Sequence record: SRR31156797_201
DNA length: 64,000 nt
Strand: one strand, 5' to 3'
Each line of letters begins with the position of its first letter. The stretch's first letter is position 1. Made by a program: the position numbers and the translations under genes. The notes under the pieces are model-generated. The model made no database searches, was not told where the DNA came from, and saw only the letters and a list, made by a program, of their open reading frames with translations. This document shows, in pieces, positions 19,657-29,116 of the stretch.

Positions 19657-19675
19657 TACTTTGTAATTCAAAGTA
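19657..19675. promoter_or_regulatory. Palindromic operator TACTTTG-N5-CAAAGTA upstream of the operon's first gene
   Basis: TACTTTGtaattCAAAGTA, 6 nt upstream of the 19650 ATG. Confidence 0.72.
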
Positions 19676-19744
19676 AAAGTATGAAAAAAATATTTAATTG
19701 CAAGATTTATTTTTAAAATCAATTATTAAGTGAAATAAAAGTGC

Positions 19745-20500
19745 TTAGAAGAGTTCATTTAATTCATCATAGAAAAATTCCTCAGAAACCTTAGGAATGT
19801 TACCCAACGAGTGTTTTCCTCTTAATGGTTTTACGGTATGTGTAACAAGTTCTTCAGTACTTGGCTGAATTAAAGAATTGATTTTATCCTTGTCAATATT
19901 GCAATCTAACCATAGATCTGTAGATTTCTCATTGAGAATTAGTGGCATTCTCGGACCAGGAAGTTTTGGATTGTTGTGAATTCTTGAAAGTAGAGTATTG
20001 GCTTTACAAGTTACAATACTATAAGTACGTTCAACTTCTCCACTTTGCTTATTGAGCCATTCAGACCATAAACCTGCTAGGTTTAAAGGCTCATCATCTT
20101 TTTTATGGATAAAATAGGGAAAGATCTTTTTTTCTCGGTGGTGATGTTCGAAAAATCCATCTACCGGAACAATACATCGTTTATGAATGGCGGAATTTCG
20201 GAACGATGGTTTTTCGAAGATACTTTCGCCACGAGCATTGATGGTATTGTTGTGCAGTTTGTTGGCTTGTTCTTTGTTTTTTGTCCATTCAGGAATTAGT
20301 CCCCATTTTGCTAAAGTTGGAAGTTTAGGTGATTCATTTGTATAAATTAACAGGTTAGGATGAGAGAATCCTGAAACATGATGCCATTGGGTAAGGTATG
20401 GTTCCAAGTCAGTTTCTAATTCTCGAATGATCTCTTTATGATTCATCCGTTTGGCTCTTTTAAGTTGAGCCTCCAATTTGGCTTGAATATCGTAGCACAT
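19745..20500 (-). CDS. SOS-response-associated peptidase (SRAP/HMCES/YedK) abasic-site protein
   Basis: N-terminal Met-Cys, WGLIP, INARGES, RCIVPVDGFFE, LAGLW and IH...RMP. Confidence 0.92.
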   Translation of the reverse strand: MCYDIQAKLEAQLKRAKRMNHKEIIRELETDLEPYLTQWHHVSGFSHPNLLIYTNESPKLPTLAKWGLIPEWTKNKEQANKLHNNTINARGESIFEKPSFRNSAIHKRCIVPVDGFFEHHHREKKIFPYFIHKKDDEPLNLAGLWSEWLNKQSGEVERTYSIVTCKANTLLSRIHNNPKLPGPRMPLILNEKSTDLWLDCNIDKDKINSLIQPSTEELVTHTVKPLRGKHSLGNIPKVSEEFFYDELNELF

Positions 20501-20638
20501 GTTTCAGAAATCTTACATTTAATAAATGAAGTAAGCTTTTATTCCTCTTCCTAAAATAAGAATGATTTCTGTTTGAATCAATTAATACTAGATGATTATT
20601 AGTTGCATTTTAATTAAACTATAATTTTTTGACATGAA

Positions 20639-20723
20639 AAAAGCGTAACAGAATAAAATTCGATTACGCTTTTGATTTTATTGTTCCCTGAAAATCTATT
20701 TTAATAAATTAATTTTCAGGGAA
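20639..20723 (-). terminator. Two tandem hairpins downstream of the Cys-rich protein gene
   Basis: AAAAGCGTAA...TTACGCTTTT (20639-20673) and TTCCCTGAAAAT...ATTTTCAGGGAA (20684-20723). Confidence 0.6.
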
Positions 20724-20736
20724 ATTTTTTGTGGAA

Positions 20737-20997
20737 TTACTCTTGTTCACTTCCTATTTTACACACAGCTCCCATTTTACTCATGATATATTCATAAGAT
20801 CCTTTGTCATGCGGAAGAGTGCAGTCTGTACAGTTTTTAAATCCGTTTGTATATTTAAATTTACCTCCACATTTATTTTTTAGCATGTAAAGCGGACAAT
20901 AACAGAATAAGCAATTGAAATCTTCTTCTTTAACTCCTTTATGACAAGGGAAATATTCGCATTCTTTATTTTGGAAAAATTTATAATTTTCTGACAT
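20737..20997 (-). CDS. Cysteine-rich small metal-binding protein (zf-like domain)
   Basis: CEYFPCH, CLFCYCPLY, CGG and CTDCTLPH. Confidence 0.85.
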   Translation of the reverse strand: MSENYKFFQNKECEYFPCHKGVKEEDFNCLFCYCPLYMLKNKCGGKFKYTNGFKNCTDCTLPHDKGSYEYIMSKMGAVCKIGSEQE

Positions 20998-21118
20998 AAG
21001 GCTATCTTCTTTTTGATATCAATAAACTTGTAAGATTTTTGCAAGTATAGTATAATTATTGGCAAAATAGCAGCTTGTGCAACATAACTATTCATACTGA
21101 TTTCAGTAAATTTCAGCT

Positions 21119-22099
21119 TTAAAATTTTCCAAGAATCTTATCCATTACCCAAGCTGTGTGTGAAGCTGTTCTTCCTGTTGATGGATGTTGTGTGTTATCG
21201 AAAAGTTGGTTTTTCATATTTTGAACATGATAGAGCTGAATATTTTCGGGATTCTCGATAAATATTTCATTTGCTCCATTTTTATCAGTTAGCAGGAGAG
21301 GAGTCTCGTCGAATACAGAAAATGTAATTTTTCCTGTGCTCCCAAAAATTTCAACGATATCTTCTCTTTGGCTACAACCAAAATTCCAACTACCTGTTCC
21401 AGTTATACCGTTTTTATGTAGCCAATTTGCAGTAACAGAATCTTTTGCTTTGTATAAATTTTGTTGGTTAGTACTTATTCCTGATGCATCTTCAATGTCA
21501 CCTAATAGGTGAATGAAAAGGTCAAGTCCATGGCTTGCCAAATCATCAAAATAACCACCTGGAGCAATTTCTGGATTTGTTCGCCAATTGTATTTCCCTG
21601 ATAAATCCAGCGGATTGGCGGGTTTACTTAAATGCCAGCGAATATGCCTAATTTCTCCAATACTATTATTGTTAATCCATGTTTTTACCTGCTCAAAACG
21701 TGGTAAGGAGCGACGATAATAGGCGACAAATAAAGGAAGATCTTTGTTGGAAAACGCCTCGCAAATTTCCACACACTCTTTGTAATTTGGAGCTAAAGGC
21801 TTTTCGATACAACAAATTTTTCCTGCCTCTGCAATTTTTAAAGCATAATATTTATGTGAGTCAGGTGGCGTGGCAATGTAAATGGCATCAATTTCTTTAT
21901 CATGAATTAATTCGTCAGCATTAGAATAGAACTTGTCAACTTTATGCCTTTTGGCAAAATCTTTTGCTTTTTCAGCATCTCGTCTCATTACAGCAGTGAG
22001 CTCAAATTCTTCTATTTTTTGATAGGCAGGTCCACTTTTCAGTTCTGTTACACTTCCACAGCCTAAAATACCCCAACGAATTAAAGTTTTATTTTCCAT
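21119..22099 (-). CDS. Gfo/Idh/MocA family oxidoreductase
   Basis: WGILGCG Rossmann motif, IYIATPPDSH, EKP, GG..DLASH; likely ATG at 22099. Confidence 0.9.
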   Translation of the reverse strand: MENKTLIRWGILGCGSVTELKSGPAYQKIEEFELTAVMRRDAEKAKDFAKRHKVDKFYSNADELIHDKEIDAIYIATPPDSHKYYALKIAEAGKICCIEKPLAPNYKECVEICEAFSNKDLPLFVAYYRRSLPRFEQVKTWINNNSIGEIRHIRWHLSKPANPLDLSGKYNWRTNPEIAPGGYFDDLASHGLDLFIHLLGDIEDASGISTNQQNLYKAKDSVTANWLHKNGITGTGSWNFGCSQREDIVEIFGSTGKITFSVFDETPLLLTDKNGANEIFIENPENIQLYHVQNMKNQLFDNTQHPSTGRTASHTAWVMDKILGKF

Positions 22100-22120
22100 G
22101 TACAATTTTAAATATAAAAC

Positions 22121-22285
22121 TTAATTCCACCATTTTTTTGCATCCGTAATTTGTACAGAATTTATTGTTATGACTTCTCCTATTCTTGGAGTTCTATATT
22201 TTACATTTAGTAATTTGGCGGTTAGTTTTCCAAAACCTGATGACGCTCCTGTAATTAAAACGGTTCTGTTTTTTTCTACTTTCAT
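22121..22285 (-). pseudogene. 54-aa remnant: SDR N-terminus joined in frame to an unrelated C-terminal tail
   Basis: Manual translation MKVEKNRTVLITGASSGFGKLTAKLLNVKYRTPRIGEVITINSVQITDAKKWWN*; TGxxxGxG SDR motif, but the rest of the SDR is missing. Confidence 0.75.
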
Positions 22286-22315
22286 ATCAGATAATCAATT
22301 TTATATTGGATAAAA

Positions 22316-22378
22316 CAAAACTAGTAAGCAGATATGCGAAAGAGGTATACAAATTACTGAAGCTTGTATACGAATTAC
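22316..22378 (-). promoter_or_regulatory. Promoter -7 element plus tandem direct repeats (AraC-type activator site candidate)
   Basis: GTATACAAATTAC (22345-22357) and GTATACGAATTAC (22366-22378), 21 bp apart; TAGTTTTG on the minus strand at 22323-22316. Confidence 0.55.
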
Positions 22379-22440
22379 AGATTGATAATGTAAGTAAGTA
22401 ATGGAATTGATTTACATTCAATAATGAGTTTGATAAAGCA

Positions 22441-22944
22441 TTAATTGTGAAATTTAGAATTATCGACTAATTCTTTTTCCAATTGTTTTAATTCAGTAAT
22501 GTCATCAATTATTGTAACTATATACTTTTCCTTTTCGAAATTAAACAAGCGTGTTGAAAATTGTAAATGTTTATCGGAACGCATTCCATGGTAGTCAATA
22601 AATGGCTTGATAAGATGCTTGTTTTCTACGGGTTTGTTTTCAGCATACGAGAAAAGAGCAGCTATTCGAAGTTCACAACTATTGCACTGAGTAGTAGATC
22701 CACAGTTTCTGTTCTCTTCAATTTGATATGCACAACCTAGTACTTCTCCACATTTTCTATACAATAGTTGTTCATCTTTTTTATTTGAAAAAATTGTAGT
22801 TAAAGGATCATTAAATGCTCTTAGTTTTAAATTATTATCTAAGAGCATTACACAGCTGTTTATATTATTTAAAATAATATTTAAGAAATCACTGCTGCCA
22901 CTTAGTAGGCTAAATCGTTCATTAGTGTGCGTAAGATCTGTCAT
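22441..22944 (-). CDS. Stand-alone PAS-like protein with a Cys cluster
   Basis: ILNNINSCVMLLD...AFN and C-terminal IDDITELK are typical of PAS; CGEVLGC-x9-C-x5-CxxC. Confidence 0.65.
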   Translation of the reverse strand: MTDLTHTNERFSLLSGSSDFLNIILNNINSCVMLLDNNLKLRAFNDPLTTIFSNKKDEQLLYRKCGEVLGCAYQIEENRNCGSTTQCNSCELRIAALFSYAENKPVENKHLIKPFIDYHGMRSDKHLQFSTRLFNFEKEKYIVTIIDDITELKQLEKELVDNSKFHN

Positions 22945-23100
22945 TTTATAAATCCCCCTTATTTAAGTTGTAGTCAATAATCGAATAAGAAAGTTAATAT
23001 AATTTAAAATTAATTCCAAAAAATATGTTATTAAAGATAATCTATAAATATGCAGATGTTGAGTGTTATAGGGTGTTTGGCGGCTTTGTTGTTTTAACTG

Positions 23101-24204
23101 TTAAAGTGGTGTAATATTGTAAATTCCTCTGATAATGACATTGGATAAGTTTTGTGCATCAAGAATTTCGATATATTCATTTGATTCGACTCCAATTGTG
23201 ATAAACTTTCTCTTTAAAAAGATATTGTTTTCAATTTCTTTATCAATTATAAAAATATAAGAATCCGTTCCTGATTTGGAGACAGCTGATATTGGTAATG
23301 CCAAAGCATCTTTTTCATTTGTTTTAATTTCAGCATTAACATATGATCCATAAATAAGATTTCCTTTCGTTACATTAGCTAAGCAAATAATAGATTTCGA
23401 CTTTGAATCAATTGTATTTCCAATACTTTTAATAATTGCTATACTTTCATTTTTGCCTGGACTTATAATAGTAACACTTTGACCTTTTTTTATTGAGTTA
23501 ATATCTTTCTCAAAAAGATTAAGTTTTATCTGTAGCTTATCTGGATTAACAATTTTAGCAAGTAACTCTTGATTTTCAGTATATTTTCCAATTGTAATCT
23601 CATTATTTTCAATATATCCACTTATAGGAGCAACAACGGAAAAATAGGTATATAATTTTCCATTTTTAATCCGGTTTGTATTGAATCCTAAAAGCTCGAA
23701 TTTTAATTGCAAAGATTCGAGATGTATTTTTGATGTAAGATACTTGCTCTGAGAAATTTCAAACTCCTTTTTGGCTCCGATGTTTTCATTCATTAATTCT
23801 TTTTGCCTTAAGTAGTTTGATTTTAGCACATTGGTTTCTATTACTTTATTGGCAAAATCAGTTTGAAGATTTATAAAATCGTTGGATACCAACTTGCAAA
23901 GCACTTGTCCTTTTTCTACAAAATCGCCTGACGAAAAATGGATTGATTTTATTATTCCTTTGATTGGAGTACTAATTTCAGCATATCCATTTGGTTTAGC
24001 TGAAACATAGCCGGTACAACTTATCCTGTCTGTGAAGCAATGGATTTCAGGTTTACCTATTTCCATTTTGTCATTATTGAATTGTTCTTTTGTGATTTGA
24101 ATCAATTCTTCGGATGGAATAATTTCAATGGATTCCTTTGAATGTTGATTTTTACATCCAATTGCTAAAACCATTAGTATTGTAATTACAATTATTTGTC
24201 TCAT
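23101..24204 (-). CDS. RND efflux periplasmic adaptor (CzcB/CusB-like lipoprotein)
   Basis: Lipobox LAIGC; ISTPIKGII..GDFVEKGQ, VVAPISG and LPISAV. Confidence 0.9.
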   Translation of the reverse strand: MRQIIVITILMVLAIGCKNQHSKESIEIIPSEELIQITKEQFNNDKMEIGKPEIHCFTDRISCTGYVSAKPNGYAEISTPIKGIIKSIHFSSGDFVEKGQVLCKLVSNDFINLQTDFANKVIETNVLKSNYLRQKELMNENIGAKKEFEISQSKYLTSKIHLESLQLKFELLGFNTNRIKNGKLYTYFSVVAPISGYIENNEITIGKYTENQELLAKIVNPDKLQIKLNLFEKDINSIKKGQSVTIISPGKNESIAIIKSIGNTIDSKSKSIICLANVTKGNLIYGSYVNAEIKTNEKDALALPISAVSKSGTDSYIFIIDKEIENNIFLKRKFITIGVESNEYIEILDAQNLSNVIIRGIYNITPL

Positions 24205-24206
24205 GA

Positions 24207-27200
24207 TTATTTACTTAAATAGTTCAACTCAATTGCTACCTGATTGTATTTAAACAAGTCATCTAAATGTTTGGTTCTTAGTTCTAATGCATTTTCCATA
24301 CTAATTGCAAATTGGAAAAAATCTACTTCACCTAGTTGAAAAGTCTTTTCTGCATTACGAATAATTTCATTACTTAAGTCAATTCCTGTGTTTTCGAAGT
24401 ACTGTATTGTTTCCTGATATTTTACTAATTCTGATTTTAATTCCCGTTGTTTAGAGTTCAGTTGAATCAAAGTGTTAGCTTCACTTAATTTTGACATAAT
24501 TAAACTGATTTGTGTCGCTTTTATCTTAGACTTATGAGCTTTATAAAAGAGAGGAATGGATAAGCCAATTTGAAATCCTTCGTAGGTTTTATGATTGGAA
24601 TAACTGTTTGAGCCTCGATAATAGGATAAGGAAATATCAGGTAATGTTTTGTTAATTTGAAGCTTTGATAAAAGTTCTTTATGCTGTATATCTAATCTAG
24701 CTTCTTGCATTGTAAAACTTGACTTTGGCTTAAATTCTTCTAATTGAATCTTTTCCAATTTTTGATCCTGAATTTTATAAGGTGCCTGTATTTGAGTGAT
24801 TGAATTTAACTTTGTGTAAGCAATCACTAATTTATGTGAAAGGTCTTTAACTTTTAATGCTGTTTTTTCCTGTTTTGCCTTGGAATTCAATAAATCTAAA
24901 AGACTAATTTCTCCATTTTTGTATTTCAGTTTTGCACTTTTTGTGTAATTGGAAAATAAGGAATCTATCTTTTTTAAAACCTCCATTTTGTTAGTCAGAT
25001 ACAATATTTGGTTGTACGCTAAAGAAATATCCCTAACAATTAACTGCTTGCGATGATGAAAGTTCAATTCTGCTGAGGATATTTTTTGCTTGCTAATTTT
25101 ATTTTGTGCAGAATAAACTGTTGGGAAACTAAAATTTTGTTCTAGCCCAAATATTTTTAGTGGATGCCCATTTTCAGCTATATTGTTTTGATCATATTCG
25201 TAAAATAATTTTGTTTTATCCGGGTTAAAAAATGAAGCTTTTAATGTTTCTTCTTGCTTTAATTGGAGTTCATAAATTTGTAGGTTTTTGTTGTTTTTTA
25301 ATGCTAATTCAATGGTTTCGTTTAAATCATACTCCTTTGTTGTTTGTGCCTTAATTCCAATACAGGACATCGCTATAACAAGAATTGTAATTACAGGTTT
25401 AGAACGGATGAATCGAAGAGGTCGGAAACGAATACCTATAACATTGTAAAAGATTTCGAATAGCAATGGAAGTGCGATCATTGTTAGCATACTAGAACTA
25501 ATTAAACCGCCAATAACTACCGTTGCTAAAGGTCGCTGAACTTCGGCACCTGCTCCGGTCGAAATTGCCATAGGAAGAAAGCCTGTGGCAGCTGCTGCCG
25601 CAGTTAAAATCACAGGTCTTAGACGATCTTTTGTTCCTGTCAGGATTAATTCTCTCATGTTGCGCATTCCACCTTTTTGTAAATCCTTTAGATGCTCGAT
25701 AAGAACGATACCGTTTAAAACAGCTATTCCAAATAGTGCGATAAAGCCAATTCCAGCCGATACACTAAATGGCATCCCTCGTATCCATAAAAACAGAACT
25801 CCACCAATGGATGATAGGGGAACTGCGGTAAAAATCATAATGGCATCTTTGAAAGATTTAAATGCAAAATGTAAAAAGATAAATATTAGTAATAAGGCTA
25901 CAGGAACTGCAAATAGTAAACGTTTGCTTGCATTTTGAAGGTTTTCAAATTGTCCTCCATAATGAATATAGTTTCCAGGTTTTAATTGGATGTTTTCATC
26001 AATACGTGTTTGAATATCTTCTACCACAGATTGAAGATCTTTATTTCTTACATTTACACTAATAGCAACCATTCGGTGAGTATTCTCTCTTGAAATTTTA
26101 GCAGGTCCTTCGGTATATGTAATATCAGCTAATTCACTCATTGGAATAAGGTGAGATTTGTCTAGTGGAATAGGTAAATTTCTGATATTATTTATATCCA
26201 CACGATTTGCTTGATTTAATCTTACTACCAAATCGAATTTTTTTTCTCCTTCAAAAACGCTTCCACTTACAGCACCTCCAAATGCCATAGCTAAATAATT
26301 GTTAAGTGTTTGAATGTTTAAGCCATATCTTGCTATCTGCTTTCGTTTATAAGCAATATTCATCTGAGGTAATCCTTCGGTTTTTTCGATTATAATATCA
26401 GCGGCACCTGGAACTCCCTCAATCGTTTTTTTTATTTCAGCAGCTTTTGCACTCAAATATTTTAGATCATCTCCAAAAATTTTTATGGCAATATCTGCTC
26501 TTACTCCAGTAATCAATTCGTTGAATCTCATCTCTATTGGTTGAGTGAATTCATATTCAATTCCTGGGATTATTGATAAAGCATTTTTAAATAGATCAGC
26601 AAGTTGTTCTTTGTTTTTTGCTGAAGTCCATTCACTTCTGGGATGTAATTTAATAATCATGTCAATTTCTTCCATAGACATGGGATCGGTTGGTACTTCG
26701 GCGGCACCAATTCTGCAAACAATTTGATCAATTTCGGGAAAGCTATCAATTAAAATTTGCTCCATTTCGGTGCACATTTCTACCGTTTTTGATAAGGATG
26801 TTCCCGTTTTTAAAACAGGCTGAATTACAAAATCACCTTCATCGAGCGTTGGTACAAATTCACCTCCCATTCTTGAGAAGATCACCCCGGTAAAAAGTAA
26901 TGCTATTAGTGATAAACCTAATACAATTCTTTTGTGTCCACACGACCATTTCATAATTGGAGTATAGGATTTATACAACCATTCCATAATTTGAGAGGAT
27001 ATATTCCTTTTGTTTATTGGCTCAGGTTTCAAAAATAGAGAGGAAGCTACCGGCAGCCATGTAAAACCAAGAATCATTGCACCTATTATGGCAAAACTAA
27101 AAGAAAGAGCCATAGGACGGAACATTTTCCCTTCAACACCTTGTAAGGATAAAATAGGAATAAAAACAATAAGGATGATTATTTGCCCAAAGATGGCAGA

Positions 27201-28553
27201 GTTCATCATTTTGGAAGCGCCACTTATGGTTAGTTTATCTAATAAAGATTGGCGATTTTCTTTACTGGTGCTGTTAAATTCTTGTGATTTTACTGTAATT
27301 CTGATGGCAATGTATTCTACGATTATAACTGCTCCGTCTATAATAATACCAAAATCTAAGGCTCCTAAACTCATTAGGTTAGCATCTATCCCGAAAACAT
27401 ACATCATGGATAATGTAAATAGAAGTGAAAGAGGAATCATGGATGCAATTACAAGTGCTGACCTTAGATTACCAAGTAGTACAATAACTACAATCATAAC
27501 TATTAAGCAGCCTAAAACTAAATTTTCAATTACGGTGTTGGTTGTTTTTCCAATCAATTCGCTTCTCTCAAGAATTGGATTTACAAAGACACCTTCAGGT
27601 AGGTTTTTTTGTATTTCTTCGACTCTTTTTTTAACTTCATTTATTACCAATTTCGAATTGGCATTTTTCAACATCATAATTTGTCCAAGTACTTTCTCGC
27701 CTTCTCCATTTGCCGTTATGGCTCCATATCTGTTGGCAAAACCAAAATGAACATTGGCTATGTCTTTTACCAAAATTGGTATTCCATTGTTGTTCTGAAC
27801 TACAATGTTTTCGATATCAGTTATCGATTTTATTTGCCCATCGCCTCTTATAAAATAACTTTGATTCGTTTTTTCAATGTATGCAGCTCCGGTTATACTA
27901 TTGTTATTTTGGAGTGCCTCAAACAATTCCATCAGATTTACATTCATCGATTTTAAATGAAGAGGATCTACCTGCACTTCATATTGTTTTAAAAAACCAC
28001 CCCAGCTATTAACTTCCACTACTCCGGGTATTCCAGACAATTGTCTTCGTACAATCCAATCTTGAATTGTGCGAAGTTCCATCGCAGTATATTTATCCTT
28101 AAATTCAGGTTTTACATCTAGAATGTATTGATATATTTCACCAAGACCAGTTGTAATTGGTCCCATTTCAGGAGTTCCGAAACCATTGGGAATATTAGCA
28201 GTAGCATTTTTAATTTTCTCGGCAATTAACTGTCGCGGCAGATAGGTTCCCATATTATCATTAAAGACTAGAGTAACTACTGATAAGCCAAATTTGGATA
28301 CAGAGCGAATTTCTTCAATGCCAGGTAAATTAGACATTTCTAATTCTACAGGTGCAGTTATAAATTGTTCAATTTCCTGAGTAGATAAATTTCCTGAGGT
28401 TGTGATAACCTGAACTTGATTATTGGTTATATCGGGGACCGCACCAATGGGAATTTTTAGAATAGAGTAGGAACCAAAAAGAACGATAGAAAATGTAAAT
28501 AGGATAACTATTAGTTTGTTTTTGGTACTAAAGGCAATTATTTTCTCTAACAT
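24207..28553 (-). CDS. czcA: CusA/CzcA heavy-metal RND permease with fused C-terminal TolC-like domain
   Basis: AVPDITNNQVQV, NLMSLGALDFGIIIDG, RLRPVILTA and EVQRPLATVVIGG; extra about 380-aa OEP-like C-terminus. Confidence 0.92.
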   Translation of the reverse strand: MLEKIIAFSTKNKLIVILFTFSIVLFGSYSILKIPIGAVPDITNNQVQVITTSGNLSTQEIEQFITAPVELEMSNLPGIEEIRSVSKFGLSVVTLVFNDNMGTYLPRQLIAEKIKNATANIPNGFGTPEMGPITTGLGEIYQYILDVKPEFKDKYTAMELRTIQDWIVRRQLSGIPGVVEVNSWGGFLKQYEVQVDPLHLKSMNVNLMELFEALQNNNSITGAAYIEKTNQSYFIRGDGQIKSITDIENIVVQNNNGIPILVKDIANVHFGFANRYGAITANGEGEKVLGQIMMLKNANSKLVINEVKKRVEEIQKNLPEGVFVNPILERSELIGKTTNTVIENLVLGCLIVMIVVIVLLGNLRSALVIASMIPLSLLFTLSMMYVFGIDANLMSLGALDFGIIIDGAVIIVEYIAIRITVKSQEFNSTSKENRQSLLDKLTISGASKMMNSAIFGQIIILIVFIPILSLQGVEGKMFRPMALSFSFAIIGAMILGFTWLPVASSLFLKPEPINKRNISSQIMEWLYKSYTPIMKWSCGHKRIVLGLSLIALLFTGVIFSRMGGEFVPTLDEGDFVIQPVLKTGTSLSKTVEMCTEMEQILIDSFPEIDQIVCRIGAAEVPTDPMSMEEIDMIIKLHPRSEWTSAKNKEQLADLFKNALSIIPGIEYEFTQPIEMRFNELITGVRADIAIKIFGDDLKYLSAKAAEIKKTIEGVPGAADIIIEKTEGLPQMNIAYKRKQIARYGLNIQTLNNYLAMAFGGAVSGSVFEGEKKFDLVVRLNQANRVDINNIRNLPIPLDKSHLIPMSELADITYTEGPAKISRENTHRMVAISVNVRNKDLQSVVEDIQTRIDENIQLKPGNYIHYGGQFENLQNASKRLLFAVPVALLLIFIFLHFAFKSFKDAIMIFTAVPLSSIGGVLFLWIRGMPFSVSAGIGFIALFGIAVLNGIVLIEHLKDLQKGGMRNMRELILTGTKDRLRPVILTAAAAATGFLPMAISTGAGAEVQRPLATVVIGGLISSSMLTMIALPLLFEIFYNVIGIRFRPLRFIRSKPVITILVIAMSCIGIKAQTTKEYDLNETIELALKNNKNLQIYELQLKQEETLKASFFNPDKTKLFYEYDQNNIAENGHPLKIFGLEQNFSFPTVYSAQNKISKQKISSAELNFHHRKQLIVRDISLAYNQILYLTNKMEVLKKIDSLFSNYTKSAKLKYKNGEISLLDLLNSKAKQEKTALKVKDLSHKLVIAYTKLNSITQIQAPYKIQDQKLEKIQLEEFKPKSSFTMQEARLDIQHKELLSKLQINKTLPDISLSYYRGSNSYSNHKTYEGFQIGLSIPLFYKAHKSKIKATQISLIMSKLSEANTLIQLNSKQRELKSELVKYQETIQYFENTGIDLSNEIIRNAEKTFQLGEVDFFQFAISMENALELRTKHLDDLFKYNQVAIELNYLSK

Positions 28554-29116
28554 GACGAAGTTTTTTTGAATTTCAATTCTTGATTGAATTTTAGCGTCAA
28601 CTTAAAACTCATTGCAATAAATATTCATCGCACCTATACTTCGCCACTACCTTAAAATATTTATACTAATAAATTGACTAATTGATTGATTAGAATTTTA
28701 AACTATTTTCAAGTTATGAAAATAATACACCTATGACAAAAAAGATAGCTATTGATTTGGATATGATAAATAATATTAATGTTTTTTGATGTGTAATGTA
28801 ATGGCAAGTAAAACAAAAGATATTAACTTATTAGGCTATTGATACAATAGGGAGTTTATGCACAGACGCTTATTTGCATAAATAGTTGTGCTTGTGACAA
28901 AAGAATTATTTTTCTGAGATGTGTCACTTATTTGTATGAATGTTGGAATAATTTTTTGTTTTATAAACAATTTGCGTTTTATAGCTGTAAAAGGAAACAA
29001 AAATTACTTCTTTCCGTAAATCTGATTTGTAGTTTTCACTGAAAAGTGGGAAGCCCAAAGACTTTACTATTTAAAATTGATGAATGCTTTCACCGGAGAG
29101 CCAATTAAATTTACCT

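Noticed and set aside
21059-21074. Sigma-54-like TTGGCA-N-GC spacing
   Set aside because: Poor -12 match and it points toward no plus-strand gene
27010-27750. 246-aa plus-strand ORF (also 25585-25938 and other ORFs antisense to czcA)
   Set aside because: Entirely antisense to the well-conserved czcA; no recognisable motifs; a typical shadow of a hydrophobic coding strand
28613-28632. Imperfect palindrome TGCAATAAATATTCATCGCA upstream of czcA as a metal-regulator box or riboswitch
   Set aside because: Single copy, no cognate regulator nearby, and no match to NiCo, yybP or fluoride riboswitch cores that I can recognise
29030-29065. Cobalamin riboswitch suggested by CACTG...GGGAAG
   Set aside because: No AGGGAA..GGTG.AA.TCC core or B12 box, and the downstream genes are unrelated to B12
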